Position numbers and translations under genes: made by a program. Positions 31,363 through 41,760 of a stretch of DNA of 64,000 nt are shown here, one piece after another. Position 1 is the first letter of the stretch; every line of letters begins with the position of its first letter. A model generated the notes under the pieces. That model searched no databases, had not been told where the DNA came from, and saw nothing but the letters and a program-made list of their open reading frames with translations. Source of the stretch: Shigella phage ESH35; the sequence record ON528745. One strand, given 5' to 3'.

Positions 31363-31892
31363 TCAAATAATCCAATAATATTGCCAATTCCGGTTATTGG
31401 ACCATTAGGGCCAGGAATTGCTAAAGTTGTAGAAATATCATTTGCCCATTTTAAAACAAATGCTGGCATCTCAAGAAAATTAATTTCTTTAACTTCATCA
31501 TTGACCTTAAGCAAGCATTTGGATAACATATCGCTTACAGTTAAAAATTGTTCAAATTTTCCAGGAGGTCTAAAATAAAATGTATTTCCTTGGTATTGAA
31601 ATTCCAATCTTTGGCATACATAAACGTCATTAATATCATAAGTATAACCATCTATTTCTTTACGAGATTTAATCTTTCCATTAAATTCTAGCAAATGAAT
31701 AGAAACGAAATCAACTTCTGCCGGTGATAAATTTGGACAAATAGAATCAATAAGAAGCTTTAAATTTTCATCAGGACCTTTAACATCTTTTAAAATGTTA
31801 TAATGTTTAAGACCCATCTTAGGAATAGAAACTTCTTTATTACTTATCGGAAGAACTACTTTCTTCAGTGGTAGTATCAGTTTTAAATTCAT
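31359..31892 (-). CDS. 28: Baseplate hub distal subunit gp28
   Basis: 177 aa from internal Met (MNLKLILPL...), chosen to match T4 gp28 length; overlaps the 3' end of gene 27. Confidence 0.75.
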   Translation of the reverse strand: MNLKLILPLKKVVLPISNKEVSIPKMGLKHYNILKDVKGPDENLKLLIDSICPNLSPAEVDFVSIHLLEFNGKIKSRKEIDGYTYDINDVYVCQRLEFQYQGNTFYFRPPGKFEQFLTVSDMLSKCLLKVNDEVKEINFLEMPAFVLKWANDISTTLAIPGPNGPITGIGNIIGLFE

Positions 31893-33012
31893 TTTTAACC
31901 TTAACTGGGTCGATTGTTTCCAGTTTCGTTGCATTAGTGAACATATAAAGATGAGTTACGGAATTATTATTTGATAATTCGTGAATAACTTCATCAACGT
32001 AAAATTCTGTTTTAAATTGGTTTTTACTATCATTAAAAATAATTTTAACGCCGGGAGTCAAGTTAAAATTACCGACAGTAGAACATTTAGCGTAACCATC
32101 ATACTGCGCCATAGTCTGAAGACGAATAGCTTCTTCATATCCATTTCTATAAGTCATTTCAGAATAAGCACCTGACCTTGACACTACAATAGAGTTTTCA
32201 CCCTTTCCTGTAGTAATCATTGGTAATGAAGAATCTAAAAATGAATGAGCATAGATAGTAGCATTTTTCATTGGATCGCGTTTATGCGGGTTTGATTTAG
32301 TCAACCAAACAAAATCATATGCTAATGGATATTTCAATTCTTGGACGAATTGACCTATTAAAGTTGGCTCACCTACAATCATTGGATATGGTTCTTGATT
32401 TATCATCATATCATAGTCCATCATGTTAACTCCCATGATGTCTTGCCATACAAATACGAACTTATCGCTTCCTACCGCTAGAGCAACTTCTCTTACATAT
32501 GACAAATAGTTTTCAAATGTGCTAGTCCATGGAATATCAGGAACATAAGCATTAATAGCATTTATCGCTGGAGTTAATAATGTACGATCTTGATAAATTA
32601 CGCCAAGCATTTCCTTTATAGATTCACCGGCATCAGGGAAAAATGGTCTACCAAATTTAAGATTTTCTATAGAATGAATAGTTCCCAATTCAATAGCAAT
32701 GATGTTATCGCCTTTTGAATCTACTGACACGGAAAAATGCTTGCATCCATAAATTCGTGTTTTAACATTATTAATATCGTTTGCATTAGCTACAGAAATC
32801 TGAATTATTTCATTTCCATCCATTTTTGTATGGATGTTTTTAGAATCATAAAACTGCAGCATTCCTTCATTTCGACCATAAAGAGAGTCACGCATAGTTA
32901 ATGTGGTAATAGTAGCAGCTAATTCAACAAATCTATTATTACTCCAAGCGTCATAACTCTCAAATAATTTAACGCTGAGATTTGGATATCCAGGACGTTG
33001 TAACATACTCAT
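31840..33012 (-). CDS. 27: Baseplate hub subunit gp27
   Basis: 390-aa product [18 protein letters not shown]...; T4 gp27. Confidence 0.9.
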   Translation of the reverse strand: MSMLQRPGYPNLSVKLFESYDAWSNNRFVELAATITTLTMRDSLYGRNEGMLQFYDSKNIHTKMDGNEIIQISVANANDINNVKTRIYGCKHFSVSVDSKGDNIIAIELGTIHSIENLKFGRPFFPDAGESIKEMLGVIYQDRTLLTPAINAINAYVPDIPWTSTFENYLSYVREVALAVGSDKFVFVWQDIMGVNMMDYDMMINQEPYPMIVGEPTLIGQFVQELKYPLAYDFVWLTKSNPHKRDPMKNATIYAHSFLDSSLPMITTGKGENSIVVSRSGAYSEMTYRNGYEEAIRLQTMAQYDGYAKCSTVGNFNLTPGVKIIFNDSKNQFKTEFYVDEVIHELSNNNSVTHLYMFTNATKLETIDPVKVKNEFKTDTTTEESSSSDK

Positions 33013-33761
33013 TGATGTTTATCCTTCTCAATCAGTTTTAATACGAATCCGCGCTCGGCAGGAATCATTTTCATTATTGAATTTAAGCTATAATTACTTT
33101 TTACAAGCGTGTGATTAATTTGATAAAAAGTAAATATCTCATCTGGATTAACTAATAGCTTAAACACATCTACTATATCAGTGTATTTTTTAATGTACTT
33201 ATCACAACACGACATGTGCAATGTTAAATTAATAGGATTCATTGCATCGAGAATTTTTTCTAATGTTTCTATCTCGATGGCGTCAACAAGTTCTATTTGA
33301 CTTGATTCACTAATTTCCTTCCAATCATACCACATTTCATCTACTTGAACAGAATGAATATTTTCAGTAATCATCTTTGCTTTATTTTCATAAAACTCAG
33401 AAGGAAAATTTAATTTAATTTTAACATTAGCTACATCAAAAATAGGTTCCTTTAATTCTTTTTGATATATTTCAAATGGAACTGTCTTTTCTTTTTTACA
33501 TTTTGGACATACAAATGTGACTGGTACTTTAGTTTTACCTATTGAACCTACAAATACCTGCAAAAATATAAATGGTTGCCAAGTCTTTGGATAGTCTCCA
33601 AAATAATCAGCAATTAAATCAGCAATTACTTCTTTTTGTTCTTGTGGTGACCGATGTTCTATATCGTTTCGAACTAACAAAAAATCTCGATAATCTTCTA
33701 CCGTAAATGGTTTAAAACGATGAACACCATCTGGTAATTTACAACGAATAATGTTTGCCAT
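33009..33761 (-). CDS. 51: Baseplate hub assembly catalyst gp51
   Basis: 250-aa product with CPKCKK zinc-ribbon-like motif; position between 27 and 26. Confidence 0.85.
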   Translation of the reverse strand: MANIIRCKLPDGVHRFKPFTVEDYRDFLLVRNDIEHRSPQEQKEVIADLIADYFGDYPKTWQPFIFLQVFVGSIGKTKVPVTFVCPKCKKEKTVPFEIYQKELKEPIFDVANVKIKLNFPSEFYENKAKMITENIHSVQVDEMWYDWKEISESSQIELVDAIEIETLEKILDAMNPINLTLHMSCCDKYIKKYTDIVDVFKLLVNPDEIFTFYQINHTLVKSNYSLNSIMKMIPAERGFVLKLIEKDKHQ

Positions 33762-33811
33762 AGATGCTCCTTTTATTCTATTTATAAATATGATAAATAA
33801 AGGAGCTAAAT

Positions 33812-34438
33812 ATGTATGAATACAAATTTGATGTGAGAGTTGGTTCTAAAATAATCAATTGTCGCGCATTCACGCTTAAAGAATATCTAGAACTTATTAC
33901 TGCCAAAAATAATGGTTCCGTAGAAGTAATTGTTAAAAAGCTAATCAAAGACTGCACAAATGCAAAAGATTTAAATCGTCAAGAATCAGAACTATTGTTG
34001 ATTCATTTATGGGCACATTCTCTTGGCGAAGTTAATCACGAAAACTCCTGGAAGTGCACCTGCGGAACTGAAATACCAACCCATATAAATCTATTACATA
34101 CACAAATAGATGCACCAGAAGACCTCTGGTATACACTGGGTGACATTAAAATTAAATTCCATTACCCTAAAATTTTTGATGATAAAAATATAGCCCACAT
34201 GATAGTATCATGTATAGAAACGATTCACGCTAACGGGGAAAGCATTCCAGTTGAAGACTTAAATGAAAAAGAATTGGAAGATTTATATTCTATCATCACA
34301 GAGTCAGATATTGTAGCTATAAAAGATATGCTTTTAAAGCCTACTGTTTATTTGGCTGTTCCAATTAAATGTCCAGAGTGTGGAAAAACTCACGCTCATG
34401 TAATAAGAGGACTCAAAGAATTCTTTGAGCTATTGTAA
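33812..34438 (+). CDS. 26: Baseplate hub subunit gp26
   Basis: 208-aa ORF divergent from gene 51; T4 gp26 length. Confidence 0.85.
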   Translation: MYEYKFDVRVGSKIINCRAFTLKEYLELITAKNNGSVEVIVKKLIKDCTNAKDLNRQESELLLIHLWAHSLGEVNHENSWKCTCGTEIPTHINLLHTQIDAPEDLWYTLGDIKIKFHYPKIFDDKNIAHMIVSCIETIHANGESIPVEDLNEKELEDLYSIITESDIVAIKDMLLKPTVYLAVPIKCPECGKTHAHVIRGLKEFFELL

Positions 34439-34836
34439 TGGCAAATATTAATAAGCTTTATTCTGATATTGACCCAGAGATGAAAATGGATTGGAACAAA
34501 GACGTTTCAAGATCACTTGGATTAAGGTCAATTAAAAATAGTCTTTTAGGAATTATTACAACAAGAAAAGGTTCAAGACCGTTTGACCCTGAATTTGGAT
34601 GTGATTTATCTGACCAACTTTTTGAGAATATGACTCCTCTTACTGCTGACACGGTTGAGCGTAATATCGAAAGCGCAGTAAGAAACTATGAGCCACGTAT
34701 TGATAAATTAGCAGTTAATGTAATACCGGTTTATGATGATTATACTCTGATAGTAGAAATACGCTTTTCGGTCATCGATAATCCTGATGATATTGAGCAG
34801 ATAAAACTGCAACTGGCTTCCAGTAATAGGGTATAA
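34438..34836 (+). CDS. 25: Baseplate wedge subunit gp25
   Basis: 132-aa product [20 protein letters not shown]...; GPW/gp25 family. Confidence 0.9.
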   Translation: MANINKLYSDIDPEMKMDWNKDVSRSLGLRSIKNSLLGIITTRKGSRPFDPEFGCDLSDQLFENMTPLTADTVERNIESAVRNYEPRIDKLAVNVIPVYDDYTLIVEIRFSVIDNPDDIEQIKLQLASSNRV

Positions 34837-34862
34837 TGCTTCACGTTAAAACGTGGTATAAT
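34834..34862 (+). promoter_or_regulatory. MotA-dependent middle promoter of uvsY
   Basis: MotA box TAATGCTTCA, 13-nt spacer, -10 TATAAT. Confidence 0.6.
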
Positions 34863-35000
34863 GAATCTAAGTCCATCCAATAACAATTGAATAGAGAACA
34901 ATATGAGATTAGAAGATCTTCAAGAAGAATTGAAGAAAGATGTGTTTATAGATTCGACTAAATTACAGTATGAAGCAGCTAATAATGTGATGTTATATAG
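34834..35000 (+). other. Candidate replication origin oriF (uvsY middle promoter plus downstream region)
   Basis: Established knowledge that T4 oriF coincides with the uvsY middle promoter; extent approximate. Confidence 0.4.
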
Positions 35001-35316
35001 TAAATGGCTTAATAAGCATTCAAGTATTAAAAAGGAAATGCTTAGAATTGAAGCACAGAAAAAAGTTGCTCTTAAAGCTAAATTAGATTACTACTCGGGA
35101 CGAGGAGATGGTGATGAATTTAGTATGGATCGTTACGAGAAATCAGAAATGAAAACAGTTCTATCAGCTGATAAGGATGTTTTAAAGGTTGATACCTCGT
35201 TACAATATTGGGGGATTTTATTGGATTTCTGTAGCGGAGCTCTTGATGCTATTAAATCACGTGGATTTGCTATTAAGCATATTCAAGACATGCGAGCATT
35301 TGAGGCTGGAAAATAA
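34903..35316 (+). CDS. uvsY: Recombination mediator UvsY
   Basis: 137-aa product MRLEDLQEELKKDVFIDSTKLQYEAANN...; MotA-type middle promoter upstream. Confidence 0.9.
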   Translation: MRLEDLQEELKKDVFIDSTKLQYEAANNVMLYSKWLNKHSSIKKEMLRIEAQKKVALKAKLDYYSGRGDGDEFSMDRYEKSEMKTVLSADKDVLKVDTSLQYWGILLDFCSGALDAIKSRGFAIKHIQDMRAFEAGK

Positions 35317-35543
35317 TGAGATATAGCATTGATGATGCTTTTAATTATGAAGAAGAATTTGAAACGGAAATTCAATTCTTAATGAAAAAGCATAATCTTA
35401 AGCGTCAGGATATTCGTATCCTGGCCGACCACCCATGTGGTGAAGATGTCCTTTATATTAAAGGAAAATTTGCCGGATATCTTGATGAATATTTTTATTC
35501 TAAAGATATGGGCATTGATATGCATATGAGAGATATGGGGTAA
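35316..35543 (+). CDS. Hypothetical small protein (75 aa; uvsY.-1 position)
   Basis: ORF overlapping the uvsY stop (TAATG). Confidence 0.55.
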   Translation: MRYSIDDAFNYEEEFETEIQFLMKKHNLKRQDIRILADHPCGEDVLYIKGKFAGYLDEYFYSKDMGIDMHMRDMG

Positions 35544-35666
35544 ATATGACAGATTATAAAGAAGTATTTCGACTATTAGCAGAGATGGAAGCTTGCTTAA
35601 TCCGTGTACAAAAAATGCGGATTAAAATGGGTTTATAAATATTACTATATTCAAAAGGAGACAATC

Positions 35667-35834
35667 ATGTCAGATAAGATTTGTGTTGTCTGTAAAACTC
35701 CAATCGATTCTGCATTGGTTGTTGAAACAGACAAAGGTCCTGTACATCCTGGGCCTTGCTATAATTACATTAAAGAACTACCAGTTTCAGAAAGTTCGGA
35801 AGAACAATTAAATGAAACACAACTTTTGCTATAG
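35667..35834 (+). CDS. Hypothetical small Cys-containing protein (55 aa; uvsY.-2 position)
   Basis: ATG 35667 preceded by AAAGGAGA; product MSDKICVVCKTPIDS...HPGPC. Confidence 0.5.
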   Translation: MSDKICVVCKTPIDSALVVETDKGPVHPGPCYNYIKELPVSESSEEQLNETQLLL

Positions 35835-35857
35835 TGTGACCTTTAGTCTATAGTTTT

Positions 35858-35888
35858 GGCCCTTCCTTTTTTGGTTGGGCCTTTTTTT
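35858..35888. terminator. Possible bidirectional terminator between convergent uvsY and uvsW operons
   Basis: GGCCC...GGGCC stem with T-rich loop followed by TTTTTTT. Confidence 0.4.
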
Positions 35889-35891
35889 AAT

Positions 35892-36134
35892 TTAAAAGCT
35901 TTCTTCTACTTCATCGTCTGAATCTTCTAATTCAGCTCTTTTTCCTGCCAAAGCATCTCTGACTGAGATGTCATCAGTATCTTTTAATTCAGTTTCTTTG
36001 ACTCTTTTCTTATAATAAGCTTCAAGTTCTTCTAAACCTTCTAATGTTTGACAAGAGGCAATTTTACTCATAAATTCATCAATAGAAGCTTCATAAAGAA
36101 ATTGTTTAAATTCTAGTAACATCTTTTTCTCCAA
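35892..36134 (-). CDS. uvsW.1: UvsW.1 small acidic protein
   Basis: 80-aa ORF immediately downstream of uvsW on the same strand. Confidence 0.6.
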   Translation of the reverse strand: MEKKMLLEFKQFLYEASIDEFMSKIASCQTLEGLEELEAYYKKRVKETELKDTDDISVRDALAGKRAELEDSDDEVEESF

Positions 36135-36147
36135 AGGGCCGAAGCCC

Positions 36148-37656
36148 TTATAAATTAACTGTTTTCATTACGTAATTAAATTTTTCATCTGCGTAGCGCT
36201 GAATACGATCAATGCCGTGTTTTAAAAGATAGTTCAAATGAACATATTTCTTTTTCGTATTAGCAGATTTTGGCTTAACGCCACAATCATCTATGAGGTC
36301 CCAGACGGTTGCTATTGTCTTAGAACCATGCTTACGTAATACACGACCGATTGTTTGTAATACAATGATTTTTGATTTAACACCGTGCGCTAAAACAACG
36401 TGATGCAGATTTTTAACTGAAATACCAGTAGAAAATACACCATAACTAGCTACTATAATTATTCCTTTACCATTTTCAGCTAAGGTTTTCATTATATTGC
36501 GGGTTTCGGTATCAACTTCCCCTGATACGTAATAAACTTTATCGTATTCATTTTTAATTAAATCGAAAATAGCTTTACCATGTGATACATGTTTAAACAT
36601 GACAAAAGCGTTTTCATCTTTTTGCGCAAGCTTAATAGCTAATTTAGCGATCCATTTATTTCTTTTACTAAGCCCCGTAATAATTTTTATTTCTTCTTGA
36701 TAAGTTTTTCCCTTTAATTTAGTAGTGAACTCATCGGGATAGCGAAGAAAAATACTATTAATTTTTAGCTCAGTTACTTGTCCATCTTCCATTAACTTAG
36801 AAGTCGTTACTGGCTTAAATATTTCACCAAACATTCCAACATACTGCATGATATTGGCTTTGCCATCACGTAATGAACCAGATAGACCAAATTTGAACAT
36901 GCAGTTATTTAAACCTGATATGATAGATGAAATACTTTTTCCTGTAGCAAGATGACATTCATCATTCATCATCATTCCAAACTGTGAGAACCATTCTTTT
37001 GGTTGTTTAACTACAGTTTGCCATGTACCAACAACGACTGGTGCATCATTTTTATATTTATCATCTTTTGATGCTCCGCCACCAATTTTCTTTATCATTG
37101 CATGACTGAATAAACGATAGTCAACGAAGTCATCAGCCATCTGAGTTGTTAGAGCAGTTGTTGGAACAATGATAAGAATTTTACCTTCGTAATTTTCCAA
37201 ATAATACCGAGCGAGCAGAGCCTGAATTAAAGATTTACCAGCGGATGTTGGAAGATTAAGAATTCTACGACGATTAACTAATCCTTCGAACACTGCATCT
37301 TTTTGATACCAGTGTGGTTCAATTCTTTTATTTCCTGAATAGATTTCTAATTTAGAAAGCCATTCATCAAAATCTTTTCTTGATAATTCTTCTTTTTCGT
37401 TAATTTGTGGGTCAATCCAGGCTTTATAGCCAAAGTTATCACAGAACTTTTTAATTTGCCCGACTAAGCCGAATGGAAGAAGACGATTATAATCTAAAAG
37501 ACGGATTCGTCCATCCCAGTTGCCATATCTGAAGCGAGGATTAAACCTATATCCATCGGCCTCAAACGAAAAGAAATCTCTTAATTCGTGGAACGTGCTC
37601 TCTTCACAATCGATGCGTACATGGCTGAAGTCGTGAAAATGTACTTTAATATCCAT
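36148..37656 (-). CDS. uvsW: RNA-DNA / DNA-DNA helicase UvsW
   Basis: 502-aa product with SF2 helicase motifs (LPTSAGKS Walker A, DECH box); T4 UvsW length. Confidence 0.9.
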   Translation of the reverse strand: MDIKVHFHDFSHVRIDCEESTFHELRDFFSFEADGYRFNPRFRYGNWDGRIRLLDYNRLLPFGLVGQIKKFCDNFGYKAWIDPQINEKEELSRKDFDEWLSKLEIYSGNKRIEPHWYQKDAVFEGLVNRRRILNLPTSAGKSLIQALLARYYLENYEGKILIIVPTTALTTQMADDFVDYRLFSHAMIKKIGGGASKDDKYKNDAPVVVGTWQTVVKQPKEWFSQFGMMMNDECHLATGKSISSIISGLNNCMFKFGLSGSLRDGKANIMQYVGMFGEIFKPVTTSKLMEDGQVTELKINSIFLRYPDEFTTKLKGKTYQEEIKIITGLSKRNKWIAKLAIKLAQKDENAFVMFKHVSHGKAIFDLIKNEYDKVYYVSGEVDTETRNIMKTLAENGKGIIIVASYGVFSTGISVKNLHHVVLAHGVKSKIIVLQTIGRVLRKHGSKTIATVWDLIDDCGVKPKSANTKKKYVHLNYLLKHGIDRIQRYADEKFNYVMKTVNL

Positions 37657-37658
37657 AA

Positions 37659-38276
37659 TTATGCCTTACTAAATTTGCCTTTAGAATCTCTTTTCATGAG
37701 ACGACCTTTAATAAATCCGTCGGGAATAATACCGTCTGGTTGTATTAATTTATTTATTGCACCATTATTGACCCAAAAAGTTCCTGTGGTAGTCGGTTTG
37801 ACTTTACATCCTTTTCTGGACTTTCTATTAGGATGAACCATCCCTTTTACAAATCCTTCTGGAACAAGTTCTCCAGGTTTAATAAAAATATTTTTAGTTC
37901 CATTAGTGTAACAAGTTGTACCTAATACCGTGCCCGGTGAGTTTTCAAATCTCTTAGCGGAAGATTCTTTCATCTTTGCTATAACCTCTGTAGTCATAAC
38001 AATTCCACCAATTCCACCAGGTTTCATATTATAATAATTTTTGCTTTTTATTATTTCAGGAGTTATAATTTCTTCTTCATACATGTACGCTTCTTCGGAA
38101 GTTTTAAACTCTTTTAGTATTGTTCTAGAGAAATTGTTTTCACCATATTTCTTTATAGCCTGCTGAATTGCCTTACCGGAACCAAGGTAACCATCATTCA
38201 AGTCATCAGTAGAGTGTTTTCCTATATACTTTTTACCATTTATTAGATTTGTTGTTTCATATACAAAGTGGTACAT
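37659..38276 (-). CDS. GIY-YIG homing endonuclease, Seg-like
   Basis: N-terminal GIY-YIG module MYHFVYETTNLINGKKYIGKH; C-terminal repeated IPxGFxKG DNA-binding motifs; freestanding upstream of uvsW; late promoter motif upstream. Confidence 0.8.
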   Translation of the reverse strand: MYHFVYETTNLINGKKYIGKHSTDDLNDGYLGSGKAIQQAIKKYGENNFSRTILKEFKTSEEAYMYEEEIITPEIIKSKNYYNMKPGGIGGIVMTTEVIAKMKESSAKRFENSPGTVLGTTCYTNGTKNIFIKPGELVPEGFVKGMVHPNRKSRKGCKVKPTTTGTFWVNNGAINKLIQPDGIIPDGFIKGRLMKRDSKGKFSKA

Positions 38277-38325
38277 ACTATTTTCCGAGTAATAAATATA
38301 TCTATATTTATACTGAGGAAATATT

Positions 38326-39006
38326 ATGATAGATAAAGATTATATTGCAGAGTTAAAGGCTCTTGATGATAATAAAGAAGCTAAAGCTAAATTAGCTGAA
38401 TATGCTGAGCAATTTGGTATAAAGGTCAAAAAGAATAAATCTTTTGATAATATCGTTGTTGATATTGAAGAAGCCCTCCAGAAGCTCGCTAGTGAACCTA
38501 TGCCAGAGACTGATGGGTTATCTATTAAAGACTTAATTGATGCTGCTGATGCTGCAGAGGGATTAAAATATGACGATGAAGAAGTTAATCCAGAAGCAGC
38601 ACTTCTGATTGATTCTCCAGTTAAATCTGATATTAAAATTGAAGTGGTAGAAACGGATAAAATTCCTGAAAATACTGATGTTTTGATTGAAGACACTCCT
38701 TTTGTTGAAGAAAAGTTTGAACAAGCTGTAGATAAGATTATTGAATCTGAAAAGCCGTCTGTATTTACTCTTCCGGAAAACTTTAGCCCGAATCTTCAGC
38801 TGATTGGAAAAAATCCAGGATTCTGCACTGTTCCTTGGTGGATTTACCAATGGATTGCTGAAACTCCGGATTGGAAATCTCACCCAACTAGTTTTGAGCA
38901 TGCTTCTGCACACCAAACATTATTTAGCTTAATTTATTACATTAACCGTGACGGATCAGTTCTAATTCGTGAAACACGCAATTCTTCTTTCGTAACATTA
39001 AAATAA
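38326..39006 (+). CDS. inh: Inh-like protein (inhibitor of prohead protease; assignment by position)
   Basis: 226-aa acidic ORF immediately upstream of hoc, as T4 inh. Confidence 0.6.
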   Translation: MIDKDYIAELKALDDNKEAKAKLAEYAEQFGIKVKKNKSFDNIVVDIEEALQKLASEPMPETDGLSIKDLIDAADAAEGLKYDDEEVNPEAALLIDSPVKSDIKIEVVETDKIPENTDVLIEDTPFVEEKFEQAVDKIIESEKPSVFTLPENFSPNLQLIGKNPGFCTVPWWIYQWIAETPDWKSHPTSFEHASAHQTLFSLIYYINRDGSVLIRETRNSSFVTLK

Positions 39007-39015
39007 GGATAACTT

Positions 39016-40146
39016 ATGGCTTTTACAGTTGATATAACTCCTAAAACACCTACTGAAGTTATAGATCAGACTCAGCAGTTTACTGCTACACCCAGTGGTC
39101 AAACTGGAGATGGACCTATTACATATGCTTGGACTGTAGATGATGTTCCACAAGATGGAGCTGAAGCAACTTTTAGTTATGTACTAAAAGGACCTGCCGG
39201 TCAAAAGACTATTAAGGTGGTTGCAACCAATCAAGTTGCAGAATCTGAACCTGAAACAGCAGAAACTACTACAACTATCACAGTTCAAAATAAGACACAG
39301 ACAACTACATTAGCCGTAACTCCTGGTAGCCCCGCTGCTGGAGTAATCGGAACCCCCGTTGAATTTACTGCTGCCTTAGCTTCTCAACCAGTTGGAGCGT
39401 CTGCTACGTATCAGTGGTATGTAGATGATTCACAAGTTGGTGGAGAAACTAACGCTACATTTAGCTATACTCCAACTACAAGTGGAGTAAAAAGAATTAA
39501 ATGTGTAGCCCAAGTAACCGCGGCAGATTATGATGCAAAGGAAGTTACTTCTAATGAAGTATCACTGACTGTTAATAAGAAGACAATGAATCCACAGGTT
39601 ACATTGACTCCTCCTTCTATTAACGTTCAGCAAGATGCTTCGGCTACATTTACGGCTAATGTTACGGATGCTCCAGAAGAAGCGCAAATTGAATATTCAT
39701 GGAAGAAAGATTCTTCTCCTGTAGAAGGGTCAACTAATGTATATACCGTTGATACCTCATCTATTGGAAGTCAAACTATTGAAGTTACTGCAATTGTTAC
39801 TGCTACTGATTATGATAGCAAAACTATTACAGCAGAAGGTCAAGTTCAGGTAACTGATAAAGTTGCTCCAGAACCAGAAGGTGAATTACCTTATGTTCAT
39901 CCTCTTCCACATCGTACTTCAGCTTACATCTGGTGCGGTTGGTGGGTTATGGATGAAATCCAAAAAATGACCGAAGAAGGTAAAGATTGGAAAACTGACG
40001 ATCCAGATAGTAAGTACTACTTGCATCGTTACACTCTCCAGAAGATGATGAAAGATTATCCAGAAGTTGATGTTCAAGAATCGCGTAATGGATACATCAT
40101 TCATAAAACTGCTTTAGAAACTGGTATCATCTATACCTATCCATAA
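39016..40146 (+). CDS. hoc: Highly immunogenic outer capsid protein Hoc
   Basis: 376-aa product with repeated Ig-like segments (TATPSGQTGDGPITYAW..., SATYQWYVDD..., IEYSWKKD...). Confidence 0.9.
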   Translation: MAFTVDITPKTPTEVIDQTQQFTATPSGQTGDGPITYAWTVDDVPQDGAEATFSYVLKGPAGQKTIKVVATNQVAESEPETAETTTTITVQNKTQTTTLAVTPGSPAAGVIGTPVEFTAALASQPVGASATYQWYVDDSQVGGETNATFSYTPTTSGVKRIKCVAQVTAADYDAKEVTSNEVSLTVNKKTMNPQVTLTPPSINVQQDASATFTANVTDAPEEAQIEYSWKKDSSPVEGSTNVYTVDTSSIGSQTIEVTAIVTATDYDSKTITAEGQVQVTDKVAPEPEGELPYVHPLPHRTSAYIWCGWWVMDEIQKMTEEGKDWKTDDPDSKYYLHRYTLQKMMKDYPEVDVQESRNGYIIHKTALETGIIYTYP

Positions 40147-40150
40147 TCGT

Positions 40151-40176
40151 AGGGGCTTCGGCCCCTTTCTTCATTT
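40151..40176 (+). terminator. Rho-independent terminator after hoc
   Basis: AGGGGC-TTCG-GCCCCT followed by TTCTTCATTTT. Confidence 0.7.
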
Positions 40177-40234
40177 TGAAAGCACACAAAACACAATCAG
40201 AAAATGATGTATATAATGGCACCAACTCGATAAC

Positions 40235-40450
40235 ATGAGATTAATTATGAGAACTGAGGTTGTGGTGTTTACGCTTCATGAGTCTGGAAAGTCATTCATT
40301 GAAATTGCTCGTGAATTAAACTTACAGGCAAAGGAAGTGGCTGTATTATGGGCTCGAGCTATGACTGCTAAGAATAAATTTGAAACTCGAGAAAAAGTTG
40401 TCTATAGAAAAAGACATATCAATAAAAAGGTGAAAAATGGAACAGTATGA
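40235..40450 (+). CDS. Hypothetical small protein (71 aa), possible helix-turn-helix
   Basis: ORF after the hoc terminator; segment SGKSFIEIARELNLQAKEVAVLW looks HTH-like. Confidence 0.45.
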   Translation: MRLIMRTEVVVFTLHESGKSFIEIARELNLQAKEVAVLWARAMTAKNKFETREKVVYRKRHINKKVKNGTV

Positions 40451-40715
40451 TCTTTATGAAAATGAATCTTTTGCTAATCAATTACGTGAAAAAGCATTAA
40501 AAAGTAAACAGTTTAAGCTAGAGTGTTTTATTAAAGATTTTTCAGAACTTGCTAATAAAGCAGCTGAACAAGGTAAAACATATTTTAGTTATTATTGTAC
40601 TGCTCGTGATAAATTGATTACTGAAGAAATTGGTGATTGGCTGAGAAAAGAAGGATTTAATTTTAAAGTCAATAGTGATCAGCGTGATGGTGATTGGTTA
40701 GAAATTACATTTTGA
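40437..40715 (+). CDS. Hypothetical protein (92 aa)
   Basis: ORF overlapping neighbours, upstream of rnlB. Confidence 0.5.
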   Translation: MEQYDLYENESFANQLREKALKSKQFKLECFIKDFSELANKAAEQGKTYFSYYCTARDKLITEEIGDWLRKEGFNFKVNSDQRDGDWLEITF

Positions 40716-40724
40716 GGATTAATT

Positions 40725-41729
40725 ATGTTTAAAAAGTATAGCAGTCTTGAAAATCATTACAACTCTAAATTTATTGAAAAACTTTATAGCTTGGGATTGA
40801 CTGGCGGCGAATGGGTAGCTCGTGAAAAGATTCACGGCACAAATTTCTCATTGATTATTGAGCGTGATAAAGTAACTTGCGCTAAACGTACTGGACCGAT
40901 TCTTCCTGCTGAAGATTTCTTTGGGTATGAAATTATTCTAAAGAATTACGCTGATTCCATTAAAGCAGTACAAGATATTATGGAAACTTCAGCTGTTGTG
41001 ACTTATCAAGTTTTTGGCGAATTCGCTGGACCTGGCATTCAGAAGAATGTTGATTATGGTGATAAAGATTTCTATGTATTTGACATTATTGTCACTACAG
41101 AAAGTGGTGACGTGACTTATGTCGATGATTATATGATGGAATCATTCTGCAATACATTTAAATTTAAAATGGCTCCACTTTTAGGTCGCGGTAAATTTGA
41201 AGAGCTTATTAAATTGCCAAATGATTTAGATTCTGTCGTCCAAGATTATAATTTTACAGTAGACCATGCTGGATTAGTTGATGCAAATAAATGCGTTTGG
41301 AATGCCGAAGCCAAAGGCGAAGTATTTACCGCTGAAGGATATGTATTGAAACCTTGTTATCCTTCTTGGCTGCCTAATCGCAATCGTGTAGCCATCAAAT
41401 GCAAGAATTCTAAATTTAGTGAAAAGAAAAAGTCTGATAAGCCTATTAAAGCTAAAGTTGAATTGTCAGAAGCTGATAACAAATTGGTGGGAATTTTAGC
41501 TTGTTACGTTACACTGAACCGAGTAAATAACGTTATTTCTAAAATTGGCGAAATTGGTCCAAAGGATTTTGGAAAGGTGATGGGGCTAACTGTCCAAGAT
41601 ATTTTGGAAGAAACTTCTCGTGAAGGTATTACTCTAACTCAAGCAGATAATCCTTCTTTGATTAAAAAGGAATTAGTTAAAATGGTGCAAGATGTACTTC
41701 GTCCGGCTTGGATTGAATTGGTGAGCTAA
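40725..41729 (+). CDS. rnlB: RNA ligase 2
   Basis: 334-aa product [23 protein letters not shown]... with nucleotidyltransferase lysine in REKIHGTNF; matches T4 Rnl2. Confidence 0.9.
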   Translation: MFKKYSSLENHYNSKFIEKLYSLGLTGGEWVAREKIHGTNFSLIIERDKVTCAKRTGPILPAEDFFGYEIILKNYADSIKAVQDIMETSAVVTYQVFGEFAGPGIQKNVDYGDKDFYVFDIIVTTESGDVTYVDDYMMESFCNTFKFKMAPLLGRGKFEELIKLPNDLDSVVQDYNFTVDHAGLVDANKCVWNAEAKGEVFTAEGYVLKPCYPSWLPNRNRVAIKCKNSKFSEKKKSDKPIKAKVELSEADNKLVGILACYVTLNRVNNVISKIGEIGPKDFGKVMGLTVQDILEETSREGITLTQADNPSLIKKELVKMVQDVLRPAWIELVS

Positions 41730-41736
41730 ATAAAAA

Positions 41737-41760
41737 GGGACCGAAAGGTCCCTTTGTTTT
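41737..41760. terminator. Bidirectional terminator between rnlB (+) and gene 24 (-)
   Basis: GGGACC-GAAA-GGTCCC flanked by AAAAA / TTTGTTTT. Confidence 0.75.
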
